From Tetramitus jugosus (Eukaryota; Protista; Heterolobosea), in contig OW569395.1 in the NCBI GenBank assembly GCA_937625935.1, positions 62,001 through 126,000 on the forward strand: a DNA stretch of 64,000 nucleotides, written 5' to 3'. The position numbers were made by a program, and so were the translations under genes. Positions 34,708-47,414 of the stretch are shown piece after piece. The notes beneath the pieces are model-generated. The model was not told the origin of the DNA. It saw only the letters and a list, made by a program, of their open reading frames with translations, and searched no databases. Position 1 is the stretch's first letter. Each line of letters begins with the position of its first letter.

Positions 34708-36108
34708 TTACTCATCCTGACTACAATCCCTCAAGAATTGTTTGTTAACAGGCTCTAATGTTGTTTTGTTAGGATCATAGGCAACGCCTTGAGAATAATC
34801 CAAATCAAACACCTTTTGGAACGAGTCCAATAGAGCGTTTTGTCCACCAGAGGCAGAAGAAACGGCAATCGTAAAGTCTCTGTTGACCTTTCTGTAACCA
34901 GAACTGCCCATTGGAGGGAAAGTGTTTGGAAGTTGTGGATAATCAGATTCTCTCCAATTTCCAGAAGACATCATCACCAAACGATTGTCAACAATCCAAT
35001 ACTTTTGATGAGAGTAGGACAAGCAGTATGGATGACTCATCTTGACAGCAATATTGTGACTGTACAATTTCTTGTAGCACTCCAGAGCTTCCTTTTTCTC
35101 CTCAGCACCAAACACCTCATGAGACACAAAGAGCTTGAGCGAAACACCTCTGGCAGCCATATCGATCAACATGTCACACAATGGAGTGGAACTCACTTCA
35201 TAAATGCTCAATTGGAAAGATGTCTTGACACCATTGAGAACGGTCTTTAGATTCTCGAGGGCAAAGTCAGGAGAGGCAACCAAAGAAACAATGGCATCAT
35301 TGATGACTTGTTTTGGCTCTGGAGCAGGTGTATCCACTTCACAATGCTTAAAATTGTACTTTTCAGGCACAACCACAGGAATATCACTCTTGTCTCTAAT
35401 CAGTGCAATTTCATCGCTCGTGTATTGGCTCATGTCCACCACGATCGGAGCGGCTTGCTTGTTATCAAAATCAAAAACAGCGCGCGTAAAATTGGCGATC
35501 GCACGATTACCGTAAATCAAAACGCCAGCTTCTCTGTTGGACATGATGGAAGTTTTGCTAAAGTTGATGCTTGAGATGGCCAATCGATCACCTTGATCCA
35601 CACTCACAAACTTTGTGTGCAAGAATCCAGTTGTCGTATAGTATCGCACTGAAGCTCCAGCAATGGCCAAATAGGTCAAAAGACTCATTTTGCCCGCACA
35701 TTGCTTATCACCATACTGAGCAGGGTCATTGGTCACAATTTGCACATGAACACCTCTGTGAATTGCATTGACCAATGCTTGAAACACTGGAAACTTTTCC
35801 TTTTGCTTAATGTCCTTGGCATAGCAACCATAGCATAGCTCTCCGTATGTACAGCCACTCCAACTCGAAAAACCGGGTATTGCAATCAAAACTTCAGATT
35901 TTGCTGACTCTACCAAAGAAGTTAAGGTACTAGCGGAGTAATCGGGAGAGAAAAAGGCGGAGATTTGAACGGATCCCGCTGGCAATTCAAGTGGGTGGAA
36001 TTGAGAGTGATAGGCAATGGTCTGATTTGCATATTGATGAGATGGATCAATGAAGAAACATCCCAGTGTGACAACAAGTAGTGTCACAAACAGAATGAGA
36101 GAGTGCAT
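34708..36108 (-). CDS. Secreted phospholipase D superfamily protein with two HKD motifs
   Basis: HTKFVSVD..SSIN..NREAG and HQKYWIVD..SSGNW..NRDF motifs; N-terminal hydrophobic segment. Confidence 0.85.
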   Translation of the reverse strand: MHSLILFVTLLVVTLGCFFIDPSHQYANQTIAYHSQFHPLELPAGSVQISAFFSPDYSASTLTSLVESAKSEVLIAIPGFSSWSGCTYGELCYGCYAKDIKQKEKFPVFQALVNAIHRGVHVQIVTNDPAQYGDKQCAGKMSLLTYLAIAGASVRYYTTTGFLHTKFVSVDQGDRLAISSINFSKTSIMSNREAGVLIYGNRAIANFTRAVFDFDNKQAAPIVVDMSQYTSDEIALIRDKSDIPVVVPEKYNFKHCEVDTPAPEPKQVINDAIVSLVASPDFALENLKTVLNGVKTSFQLSIYEVSSTPLCDMLIDMAARGVSLKLFVSHEVFGAEEKKEALECYKKLYSHNIAVKMSHPYCLSYSHQKYWIVDNRLVMMSSGNWRESDYPQLPNTFPPMGSSGYRKVNRDFTIAVSSASGGQNALLDSFQKVFDLDYSQGVAYDPNKTTLEPVNKQFLRDCSQDE

Positions 36109-36521
36109 CTTTGTTTTTTGTTTGTGGGGGTTTTTTCGGAGAGATATTTTTTCTCCGATGTCTAATCTGAACTGCCAGTGATTCGTTCGCGACCCAGAGG
36201 AAACAAATATGTCATTCTCCATTTCTTTTTTTTCTGCCTACCAAGTTTAGGATGATACTGACATAGTCACTTGAATGAAGACTGGGCTCCATCTGACACC
36301 ATCCCTTGCTCAGCATGTATTTCCGATGCTCTTCGCGCGAAAAGGACTGTTTGTTCGACGATTTGGAAAAGCGCATGAAAGATGCTTGACGTCAAAAGTC
36401 TTCTCCTTTTATACCAAGTTCTCATTGAACTTTGGTTTTGCTTTTCTTCTTTCTGTAACAAACGACAAACATACATTAGAAACCAACACTGCACATTTTG
36501 TCACAGTCACCGGCGACATCG

Positions 36522-39500
36522 ATGTCAATAGGGAGAACAAGAGCAGTTGGTCACCACCACCACATCAAAAATGATCAAGGGCAGTTGTTGCAGAAATGGA
36601 AAATAAACTTGGTGGTAATGGTCACAATGATGATGGTTTTATGCAGTTTCATGCATGAACATCGTACCATGGTCCATGCCCATCAATTTTCATGCGAAGA
36701 AAAAGGTGGAGCAATGAAGTTGGGCAAGTGTTACTACCTTGGAAGCAAAGATGAAATGAGAGATCCTGTTGCTGGGCAAGAGTTTTGTCAAGCAAAAGGA
36801 TACCAGGGACTGTTGCAGGTTGAGAATGATTTTGAGGCACAGAACATGTTTGGAGATTTCTCTGTGTGGACTGGCATTCAAAAGAGAAGAGACAATATTT
36901 GGGTTCAGAGAAACGATTTGAAAGTTGGTAAGTACATCTCTTGATGAGTGAAGTAGTTTTTTGCCAGACTTCAGTTTTTGCTATGCTTGAATGATGTTGA
37001 CTTTTTTCCTGTGAAATGAATGGATAGCGAGTTGGCTTCGATTTACGACACCGGATACAACGAACGGTCCGGCTTATGCATCATACAGTATGGGAAACTT
37101 AATTGCTGTGCCTAGTGTCTCTGTAGATTCCAGAAGATTGGTTTGTGAGTCAATGGTAGAAGAAGAGTGCCATCGTTTGGGAGCGGAAACAGTACTCGGA
37201 AAGTGCGTAACTGTGGATCCACAACTATTAACTTATCCGTATTGTCGGTATCAATGCTCCACAATTAATAGTCTCTTCAAGCCAATTCAAATTGGTTCAG
37301 AGCAGGAGAAGGACCTCTTTGTTAGTCAGGTGACGTTTGACTCGGTGTGGCTTGATCAATCTGTATCAGACAGTCTCTATAAATTCTATGGTGACCGAGA
37401 CTCGAACTATAATAATGGTCTCATTCCATCTCAAGCACCACAGTCTTATTATCAGATTAGTATGTCTCAAAATGGTACCTATGAATATGCACAGAGTCAG
37501 GAGATTCATCACTGTGCCTGTGAGAGAGTTATCTCCCAGGATTGCCAGATTCAATATGGCTATTACTTTTCTGGTCGATGCTTTAGATATGTGACTGATT
37601 CACTGAATTCGGACGAGGCACTGACCACATGTTATGGTTTGGGATTCGACGGAGTAGCAGTGGCCAACAATTTTGATGATATCAGCTTTTTGTACGACAT
37701 GTCTTCAAACAAAACAGCCACTCAATATTTAGTCAGGGTGAATGGTAATACAACAGCTCTAAATGCTGGATCGGTAAATGGAGGAGACTTGATAGCTGTC
37801 TCAAGCACTGATCTTCTTCCATTTATCTGTGAAATGACATTTGTTTGCTTTGGAAAAAAAAGCACAGACGCAGGGGTTTGTGGTGGAAGAGGTCGATGTG
37901 TGGGAAACAATCAATGTCTATGCAATGACCAAGCGTTAGTTGGAGATGAATGTACAGCCAAGGAGAGATATCTATTCGAGTCCCAGAGGTTGACTTCCGA
38001 CGTTGATCTTCAAGATTATGATATACACTCTGCCGTTGTCAGAAATGGTGTGGTTTATTTTGCAGCGAATCATACGATTTATGAAGCACATAAGGACCTG
38101 GATCAAGTGACTGTGTTTCCTTTATTGAACAATGGATCATCTTTTACTGGTAATTTTGAATTTGATTTGATAGCGACGAGCAAACCCTATGGATTGGCAG
38201 TGGGACCTGACCAGATTTTGTACACATTAGATCGAGATTATGCTCTGGTAAGAGGAATTAACTTTGAAACGAACATGATTTACAATGTAACTGGTGGTGA
38301 TGTGGATTCTAATTATGACATCGCGGTGAGCAATCAATCACTTTATGTTTCAGGCTCATATGATGTCAAGCGATTTGATCTTTTGTCAGGTGATTTTGTT
38401 GATAGTTTTGAAACAGCTGGCGATTCTCAAGTAGCATTTAGTCATGGCAAATTGTTTTTTTCCTCTGGTGAAGATATAAACATCCATTACGAAGAGTCAG
38501 GTGATCGTCGCTACTTGACATCTATCTCGGGTGCTCAACACTTCACCGGTGATCCAGTTTATGGTGCCTTGTTGTTGTATGCAGATCCTTTGATTATTGC
38601 CCTTTTGCCTGATGGTACCGAAAGAGAGCTTATTACGAGTGGCCCCGAGTACAATCACAGTTATACAAGCAAAATTGCAATCAATGATATCAAAGCAATG
38701 GCACTCGATCAATCCTACCTCACTGTGCTGAGTAACACCGGCTATACAGAGGTGAAGTTCAGATGTGAACCTGGATTCCAAGAACCAGAGTGTGTGGTTC
38801 CTCTTTGCTTTGGAGTACCTGCGACAGATCAAACAGTTTGTTCTTCCTCAGGTGCTTGTATTGCGCCTGATGTGTGCGTATGTAATAACAAGGATTTCGA
38901 TGCCAGAGATTGCAGTGGAGAAGCAGGTATACTTACAGGCGCGACAGTATCTCTCCTCAAAGACAACACTGTGGGAGCTATTGGAGGTGCTCTAGACATT
39001 GTGGAGAATTCATTTTTGTACTATTGTGACGCAAGTAACAATATCATGTTTTTGAATAGAATTACTGGAGCAGTAGAAGTGCTAGCAACTCCCGGTTATC
39101 CATGTAATAGTATTACACCAACCAAGAATCAAACTATTTACCTTGTTTCATTTAACTCTTGGATTGGAGAGTTGGATACTATCGCAAAGAATGTGACAGT
39201 TATTGCTGGAATCCAAGGATTACCAGGAAGCGTTGATGGATATTCAGATACATCTATGGTAGGTGTCGTGGAAAGTGTGGTGATTGATCCTTATGACAAT
39301 AATATTGCATACTTTGCTGATGGAACTGCTGGAACCATTAAGAAGCTCGACTTGAGAACAACAAGAGTGACAACTATTACAACAGGTTCCTCTTTGATGA
39401 TTGGACATGTGTCTGAAGTGTCATATTTTGGAAAGTCACTTGGAAGACTAACATTAATCAAGGATACGCTTGTGTTTTCAGCAGATGCCAAAATGTTTGA

Positions 39501-42500
39501 ATTGTCGTTAAAAGATATGAATATCAAACTCCTGACGACACTCTATCTTGCCCATATCACTGAGAATGTTTTGACTGGTGATCTGTACATCTCTGGTGGT
39601 GGAAAAAATTATATCGACACTCTATCAGCAGACAAGCAATCAACAACAATATTTCTAGGAAATCCGAATTCAGGAGATGGAGGGAATGATGTGGCATCTG
39701 CGAGATTCAATGATATCAGCTCAACACTTTTCGATCAGAAAACAAGGGAACTCATTATCTTCAGCAAAGGGAATAACCAAATTAGAACCCTGAAATTTGC
39801 TTGCGATAAGTATGCTGGTGACCAGTGCGATACAATTTACTGTGCAGGCATTCCTCAAGGTCATCCGGATGTCTGTAGTAGCAATGGTGTCTGTTGGGCA
39901 CAAGATACCTGTTCTTGTCTAGGAGGTTATGAGAGTTGTGTTCACATTTGTCCTAACAATAGTTCTCTTTGCTCAGGCAATGGCAAATGTATTCCTATAA
40001 GTCAATGTATTACTCCTGATATTACTGTGGCAACATCAGTCTATTCACCTCCATGCTCCGACGCAGTTGTCAATGCCTCGATCAATATTCCGGATTACAC
40101 TTTGACTTGGACTCTTATTGATATAACATTAGTTGAAGATTTTAAAGCACGCACAGCGCTAGAGATATTAATTCAGTCCCAAAATGGACCGATTCTCTCG
40201 ATTCCTGATATCATGCTCTTGTATGGTACAACTGTTACCGTCAACTTAACCCTATCTACGAGCGCAGGCACAGTATCCAGGCAGGTTGTAATTTATAAGA
40301 ATGCATTGCCTGGTGCTAAGATTGTTACACCAGCAGCAGTGAAGGGCTATGAACCATTCACTTTAAGTTCCTCAGTTGCTCATTTTCCTAGTTGTATAGT
40401 TACGAGTTCATTGACCTATACTTGGAAGATAGATGAAAGCGATGTATCCTATGCAAATTCATTCACAGTTGGTGCTAAAACACTATCGAGTGGCCTTCAT
40501 GCAGTGAAGTTGATAGTGCAAGTCCCGGGTCAACAGTTACAGCCGGAGAGTGATTTCCAATTATACGTACAGAGACCTTCTCCAATACCAAGAATTACTG
40601 GAGGAGATGCAAAGATTACCCAAAACTCTTCATACATTCTCGATGCTTCTTTGAGTTCAGATGATGAGATTAGTAGTTTGAAAATGGCCAACTTCACATG
40701 GTCGGCTCAACATGGAAGCGTTGATTGCACTTACATGATCAATGTGACAGAGTCGAATGGTCAGAAGGCTTTGTTTGTGCCAACAATTGTTGGAGACTTC
40801 CAGATTACGCTAACGATGAATAGCGTGGATGGGCGTACGGATACTACTGGTGCCAGAATCACTGTTGTTTCTCAAGTTATACCTTCAGTCAGACTCATAG
40901 GTAAGAATTCTGTGTATAGTGCAAGCTTAAAATTATCCTTTGAAGCAGATGTCCAAGCGAATGTAAACAGGTCCTCACTGCAATTCGAATGGATATTGTA
41001 CGATACAAGTTTGGATGTCGCGACTTTTCCTGTCGTGAATTTGACAAGTAGAGATCTGTTGGTGCCCAGTAACCAACTGAAAAATTTTGTGATCAGATCT
41101 AATACTTTGTCGTCAGGTTCCAGCTATCTATTGAAGGTGTTTTGCAATATTCGTGGTTCCCCAGAGAAAGCATATTCGACTCTTGAGTTCTATGTAACAC
41201 CACCACCGACAACAACAGATCCAGTTGGTATCACTGCGCTTGTCAATAATAGCACAGTTCATGTCGAAGCAGTAGGATGGACTGACAATCCAAACTCTCT
41301 TAATCTACAATACGCTTTTGAGTACTATGATTCACAGACTCAATCTTGGAATATTTTGGCACCATTTGGAGATTCATCTGCTGTCGATGCTCAGTTCTTT
41401 GTTTCAAAGGCCCAAGATGTAACAATCGTTTGTCGGGTTAGGAATATTTTCTATGCCCAAAGAAAGGTGAACATTACTGTCCACTTAGATCCAAAACCAA
41501 TACAGAAGGCTGAAGTTCTATCTCTTCTTTCTCAAAAGAAGAGTCAATTGCTCAGTGGTAGTGTGTCATCTGATTTGGGTTTTGTGCTTCTCCAAGTAAC
41601 AAACTACTATGCACGCAGTTCTGAAACAATTGATCCAACAATTGCATTCGATTTGATAGATATCATCACTAGAACGATCGATAGCACTTCACAAAAGCCA
41701 GAGCAATTCGCAAATCAACAAATGAAGTCCTTGGAGTACCTTTCCGAAAGTGTGAGTGGATACAACTATCAGCTTCTCAATCTCACAAAGTATGTTCTTT
41801 GGAATTTTGGTGTGGCAGATGTGGATGATATTATCTTGAGTGCAAGTTCTACAATATCTCGATTAATTCAATCGAACAATGACACTAACGACATCAGTTC
41901 AATGGCAATCTCAACTCTCAAGAAACTGACAACTGTTGTATTGAACTCGAAGGAGCCAGATGAAGAAGCAACTACCTTGTCTACAACGAGTTACACACTG
42001 GTTGCTTTCAAAACATACGGAAGTAGTCTTCAAAATGTGTCACTTGAAAGCAATTACTCTTCGATTCGCTTGCCAGAGAATGTCATATCGAACTCGAATT
42101 CCGATTCAGTATTTTCGATGGAGTATTTCACTTATCCTGATCAGCACAGTGCTCTTTGGAATCCTGATATTGCAGCCAATATTTCCTCGAGTATCATTTC
42201 TGTGAGAATATTGGATGAGTCATTGACAAAGATTGCAATCGAAGCATCTGAATCAGATCCACTTGTTCTTGTGATCAAAAAGAATAATGAATCATCAACA
42301 GATGATGAACTAGCTACATTTACATGCCGATACTATGATGAGACAACAGATTCCGAGTGGGGTACATATGGTTGTTGGTTGTACAACGAGACTGATGAAT
42401 ATGTGATCTGTCATTGCAATCATACAACCTCATTCGCTGCATTTGTGCAATATTCCAAGAAGGATCTGGAGAAGCCACTCACAAAGGATACCAAGAACTT

Positions 42501-43935
42501 GTACTATGCCAGAATTGCATTCAATGCCTTCTTTATGATCATCATTGCAATTTTGGTAATCTTCTTGATTATTGTTCGAAACAGACAGCCAGTCAGATCC
42601 AGATTGTTTGCTCCATTGTTCTGCCTGCTTGCATTGTTTATTGAATGTTCATTGCAAGGTGTTCTGCGTTCAGCGCTTCTATCAGTGGACAACCGAGCGA
42701 AGATGGTCACTGCAATCAATGTGATTGGTGGAATCATTATCACAATCTCATGCCCTCTCTCAGTGACAGCCTTGTTCATTTACTTGTGGCAGAATGTTCG
42801 ATACATGTTGATGAGACAGTATTATGAAATTATGGACTTGTTGGATGGCAAGATTCATTCATCTCGATTGGCACAAGTATCCAAGTTGATCATCTCCAAA
42901 GCACTTTTCATTGTCTCATGTGTTCTCGTGTTTGTTCCATGCTTCATTTACTTCCTGGTGATCTCAACTGTGGGAGGAGTAGAGAGCAGCAAATCGTCCA
43001 CCACTGCAACTGCATTAACCATTTCAAATGCTGTTGTTTATCTGGGTCTGCTCGCATTGATAAGTATTGGAATTGTGATCACGTTCCTCTGGGATGCTTC
43101 GATTGGCAAGTTGCTCCAACAGAAGAAACTGAGAGCTAATTCTGAAGTAAGAACACCAAAGGAAACTCCAAAGGATGCACAAGACAAGTTGAGGAAGGTT
43201 GTGGAGCCAATTTCAAAACATTTCCTGAAGGATGATCCATTGTTCTTCAGGTTAGATGCTCTGCTCATCTCTTTCACAGTTTGTTTTGGCTTTGTTTACT
43301 TTGCACTTGGTATTGCAGTTCAATATGGAGGAAGCCATCTCCAGAGCACACCTATTCAGATTGCACTCCTTGTTTTCGAGATTGTATTTGTATTCTTGAG
43401 AATCTTTGCATTTGGTGGTGCTCTGGCAATTATTGTGCTTGCCAAATGGAAAAGAACTAACTTTGATCTGGTTCATTCAGAGATTGTGGATGAAGGAACA
43501 ATGGAACATGTTTTGCTCGGTTTAATCAAATCAAAGCATGGAAACTTAATCTTCAGAGATTATTGCGTCAAGGAGTTTGCATTGGAGAACTTGTTGGCCT
43601 TCCAAGACTTGGACAAGTTGAAAGCTGATTGGAGTTCTTTGGACGAGGCACACAAGCAAGCACGCTTTGATACTTTTTATTCACTCTATGTTCAGTCTGG
43701 ATCTGATCTGGAAGTCAATATTCCAGGAGTGGTCAGGAAGCAAGTCAATCAGTTGAAACAGGATATCCAGAGTGAAGTAGCAAAGGATGTGTGGCGAAAG
43801 TTGCTCTTGGCTCTGCTCCAAAATATCACAGACACATTCTCTCGATTCGTTGACACAGTTGAGTATCAGCAATATGCCGAGCACAGCGAAATGAACAAGC
43901 GACTGGAGGACGTATCGCTATCTGTTGCCCTGTAA
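36522..43935 (+). CDS. Giant adhesion-type 7TM-RGS receptor, copy 1 (C-type lectin-like x3, EGF-like, beta-propeller/NHL-like, REJ-like, GAIN/GPS, 7TM, RGS); intron 36928-37027
   Basis: GKCYY/GRCFRY lectin-like units; CGGRGRC and CSSNGVC EGF units; ILDASLSSD (REJ/PKD-like); GPS CRYYD..W..GC..CHCNHTTSF; TM cluster; RGS (FRDYCVKEFALENL..LEVNIP..DTFSRF). Confidence 0.88.
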
Positions 43936-43976
43936 GAAATACCAGTATAAAACTGAAGGTACAACGAACTGTTCTT

Positions 43977-46901
43977 TTATTTTTTGCTCTTTTTCTTGTT
44001 TGGAACATCTTGGACCTCGCCTGCTCTCTTTCTCTTGTTATTAGTTTTCGAGTTGTCGTTCGAAGAAGGTGCTGTTGTTTCAGGGACTACTGGCTTAATC
44101 TGGTAGGCGACTGGCACTGGCGGATCAACCAGTTGAACAAGAAGCTTCCGTCTATAGTTCTTTGAAGTATGGACAAAGATTCTCACCTTCACTTCCTCGA
44201 ACATTCTCAGCACAGTGTTTCCATTTCGTAATGTTTCCTTCTCCTCGTCAAACACCCACTGATTGCTCTTCTCATCTTCTGCAACATAACAAACGTGTTC
44301 AAATCCGTACCTAGGAATGAACACTTGGATCGCATTGTCTCTCACCTTTGTAACATAGGCTGACTCGATCACATTCCTCTCCTTAAAGTAAACATTCGTG
44401 TACAGTTCCACCGATGACCGCTCAGCGTACTGAGCCATTCTGTTACGCTTATTGATTTCATCCATGATCACACGCATTCCATCCTTGTCCATAATGCTAT
44501 CTGGCAATGAGTAGACACCAATTGCACATCCAAGCAACCGATGAACAATCACATCAGCATAACGCCTAATTGGTGATGTGAAGTGAGTGTAAATGGGCGC
44601 AGCTAGACCATAATGGCGGTATTGTTCCTTGTCCAAATCACCAGAAATGAAATAAACAGCTTGTTCCATACACCGAGTGACCATGATACGTACCAAAGTA
44701 TTAAAGTAGTCTCCTGTTGGTGTGTTCGCGTGGAGCTTGTCGAGTGAGTCATTGAGCGCTTTGGAAGAACCGAGATCCAATTTGCCACCTACATTTTCCA
44801 GTGATTTCATGAGCGAGGAGAACTTGGTTGGATTTGGATCAGGATGGCGTCTCAGGCATGCAAATGCAGGGAATTGCCTGGCAATCTCAGAAGCGACTGC
44901 AATATTGGCCAACAACATGAACTCTTCGACCATTGAATTTGTTTCACGCAATTGATACAACTCAACGTCTGTTGGATTCATGGTTTCAGTGTTCAGGTCA
45001 AACTTGACAGCAGGGGATGCAAGCGTGAGAGCACCAGCGTCCAATCGCTTCTTCTTTAGAATTCTTGCAAAACGTAGCAACAAACGCAAACTCTCAGCCT
45101 TTTCGTCATTTTGACTCTTGTCATCAATAATTGTTTGAGCTTCCTCATAGGTGAGAGCAGCACGGGACTTGATCACTGATTTGAAAAAGTCAACATCGAG
45201 TATCTTACCTTCGGGACTCATCTTCCAGACAACAGAGAATGCCAGACGTTCCTCATCAGCTCTCAGAGAGCACAGATTGTTGGTCAAGAGTTTTGGAAGC
45301 ATCTCAATTCTTCGATCGACCAAGTAGACTGTTGTTCCTCTCTTGGCAGCCTCCTTGTCCATGGCTGAACCATCCTTCACAAAGTGAGTCACATCAGCGA
45401 TATGAACACCCAATTCATAGTTTCCATCAGGCAACTTGAAAGCGTGCAATGCATCATCAATATCCGTACATCCAGGTGGATCAACACTCATCACATTAAT
45501 GTGTCTCAAATCCTTTCGATTCTTGTAATCAGCCTCCACAATCTTCCAATCAGATGGTGGAAGACACTTGAGCACATCATCAGAGAATTGATAATGTGGA
45601 ATATCGTGTTCCAACAAGATCACCTCAGACTCGGTATCATTGTCATAAATATCACCCAACGTACCTACATAGTGACCATCAGGGTACATTGAATTGACAT
45701 CCCAAGAGTCAATTGCAACAGTGATACGCTTGCTCATGAGGTCCTTGGCCTGTCTTGTCGTAATTCGAATCTTTGGAATACTATTGTTCACAGGAACGAA
45801 CAACACCTTGTCGGGAGCACCAGTCGATGACACATTGGCATCTTCATCAATACTTCCACAATAAAATCTCCAATTTCTCTTGATAATACCAATGACTTTG
45901 CCACAAGGAGGTGCTTCAGTAGTAGTAGTAGTAGCAGCCTTGCTTGAAGACGACGATGCAGCAGAAGCGTTACTCAACACCTTATCACGATCAACAACAT
46001 GCTTGGAAGCAGCAGTCCACTGTTCACGAGGCAACAATTCAACAGCAACGACATCACCATTCACTGCACGATTAATATCAAAGTAACCATGAATCAAAAT
46101 GTGAGTAAATCCGTTCTCTAGACCCTTTGCTTCCAATTTTGCCTCACTGACATTGTTCCTGTTGACAATAATGGTTCCTTGATAGTACTTTCCAGTTTTA
46201 ATACCCTTTTGAATCTCACTCAATGGCCTATGCACTTGAAACACTTGTTTTTTTTGTTGTTGTAGCTTTGATTTTTTGTTTGTCAAGAGCTCTTGACCTT
46301 CTAGACCTCCATTTTCATTCAACTGTTCATCAGTGTCCACCAACAAGTCCAATAGCTCTGGATGCTCCTTTCTTTCCCGTACATATTGATGCACAGTTTT
46401 GGCGCGAATTTCTTCCCTGAGCGCGCGATTTAAATTTTCCCGATCGTTCGTCAACAAAAAAACGGGGACGGAATCAGAAACCTGTCGCATGTACCAAGCA
46501 GTCGCCACACGAATCGCTCGATCATTACGATCATTCATAGTTTCTTGTTCCCACCGCTCTACAAACGTCTCCTTGTGATGTTCATTAGAAAACACATAAA
46601 AATGTTTGGTCGTGTCCTTCATGAGTAACCGTAGTCGATTATACACTGAAATGTTTTGATTTTTGACTTCGTCCAACACTGTTTGAAGAATGATTGCATT
46701 TGTGATGAGAGGTGACTCCAAAACAGTGATTTGATGAAGTACGACGTTGGTGTCTGGTATAATGTAACCGTGAATGTGATTGAGTTCGAGTGTCGTGCCA
46801 ATACCACTGCCAATGTCGTCTCTGAGGTAATGTTCTTTGACGACTTTGACAACGTTGCCACGTTTCGTTCGTTTCATGAATGTTTTTGATTTTCCCAACA
46901 T
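43977..46901 (-). CDS. DIS3: Exosome catalytic subunit DIS3/RRP44
   Basis: KEHYLRDDI, PIN motifs PDTN and NDRNDRAIR, RNB motifs SVDPPGCTDIDDALH and YTHFTSPIRRYAD. Confidence 0.96.
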   Translation of the reverse strand: MLGKSKTFMKRTKRGNVVKVVKEHYLRDDIGSGIGTTLELNHIHGYIIPDTNVVLHQITVLESPLITNAIILQTVLDEVKNQNISVYNRLRLLMKDTTKHFYVFSNEHHKETFVERWEQETMNDRNDRAIRVATAWYMRQVSDSVPVFLLTNDRENLNRALREEIRAKTVHQYVRERKEHPELLDLLVDTDEQLNENGGLEGQELLTNKKSKLQQQKKQVFQVHRPLSEIQKGIKTGKYYQGTIIVNRNNVSEAKLEAKGLENGFTHILIHGYFDINRAVNGDVVAVELLPREQWTAASKHVVDRDKVLSNASAASSSSSKAATTTTTEAPPCGKVIGIIKRNWRFYCGSIDEDANVSSTGAPDKVLFVPVNNSIPKIRITTRQAKDLMSKRITVAIDSWDVNSMYPDGHYVGTLGDIYDNDTESEVILLEHDIPHYQFSDDVLKCLPPSDWKIVEADYKNRKDLRHINVMSVDPPGCTDIDDALHAFKLPDGNYELGVHIADVTHFVKDGSAMDKEAAKRGTTVYLVDRRIEMLPKLLTNNLCSLRADEERLAFSVVWKMSPEGKILDVDFFKSVIKSRAALTYEEAQTIIDDKSQNDEKAESLRLLLRFARILKKKRLDAGALTLASPAVKFDLNTETMNPTDVELYQLRETNSMVEEFMLLANIAVASEIARQFPAFACLRRHPDPNPTKFSSLMKSLENVGGKLDLGSSKALNDSLDKLHANTPTGDYFNTLVRIMVTRCMEQAVYFISGDLDKEQYRHYGLAAPIYTHFTSPIRRYADVIVHRLLGCAIGVYSLPDSIMDKDGMRVIMDEINKRNRMAQYAERSSVELYTNVYFKERNVIESAYVTKVRDNAIQVFIPRYGFEHVCYVAEDEKSNQWVFDEEKETLRNGNTVLRMFEEVKVRIFVHTSKNYRRKLLVQLVDPPVPVAYQIKPVVPETTAPSSNDNSKTNNKRKRAGEVQDVPNKKKSKK

Positions 46902-47414
46902 TTGTTTTTGTGTGTGTGGTTGTTGAATGTTGCGTTGTTTTGTGTTGTATTATTATTATTTGTTGTTGGATGATGATTTTTTTGCAATTTGCTTTGCAAA
47001 GCGGTCGTCGGAATTTTTTTTGGCGCCATTCGAAAAAAGCGTTGAACTTCAGGGATGAGATTGAAGGAAAAACTATTTGATCTTTCCAAGTTCCAGTTCA
47101 AGAGTGTCACTTAAGAAGGAATCCCAAGTTCTTCGTATGGTTCACACGCTCGATATGACTGACTGCTCTTGAATCACAGATCAGGCCGTGCTTGTTGTAC
47201 TTAGCTGGAATTCTTACACTCAAAATGAGCTATTGTAGTCAAATCACCGATCATGCTTAACTCCTCGTACGACAGACTAAAACACTTCATTCTTGTCTTT
47301 TCTCGTGCTGAAGATCATGTTTATTGTTGCCGTTTGGACACGGCTGTTATTAATTTGTTTTTTCGTCATAGTCTTGACGTAAGTCCTTGAAACACATATG
47401 CCCAACCTTTTACT

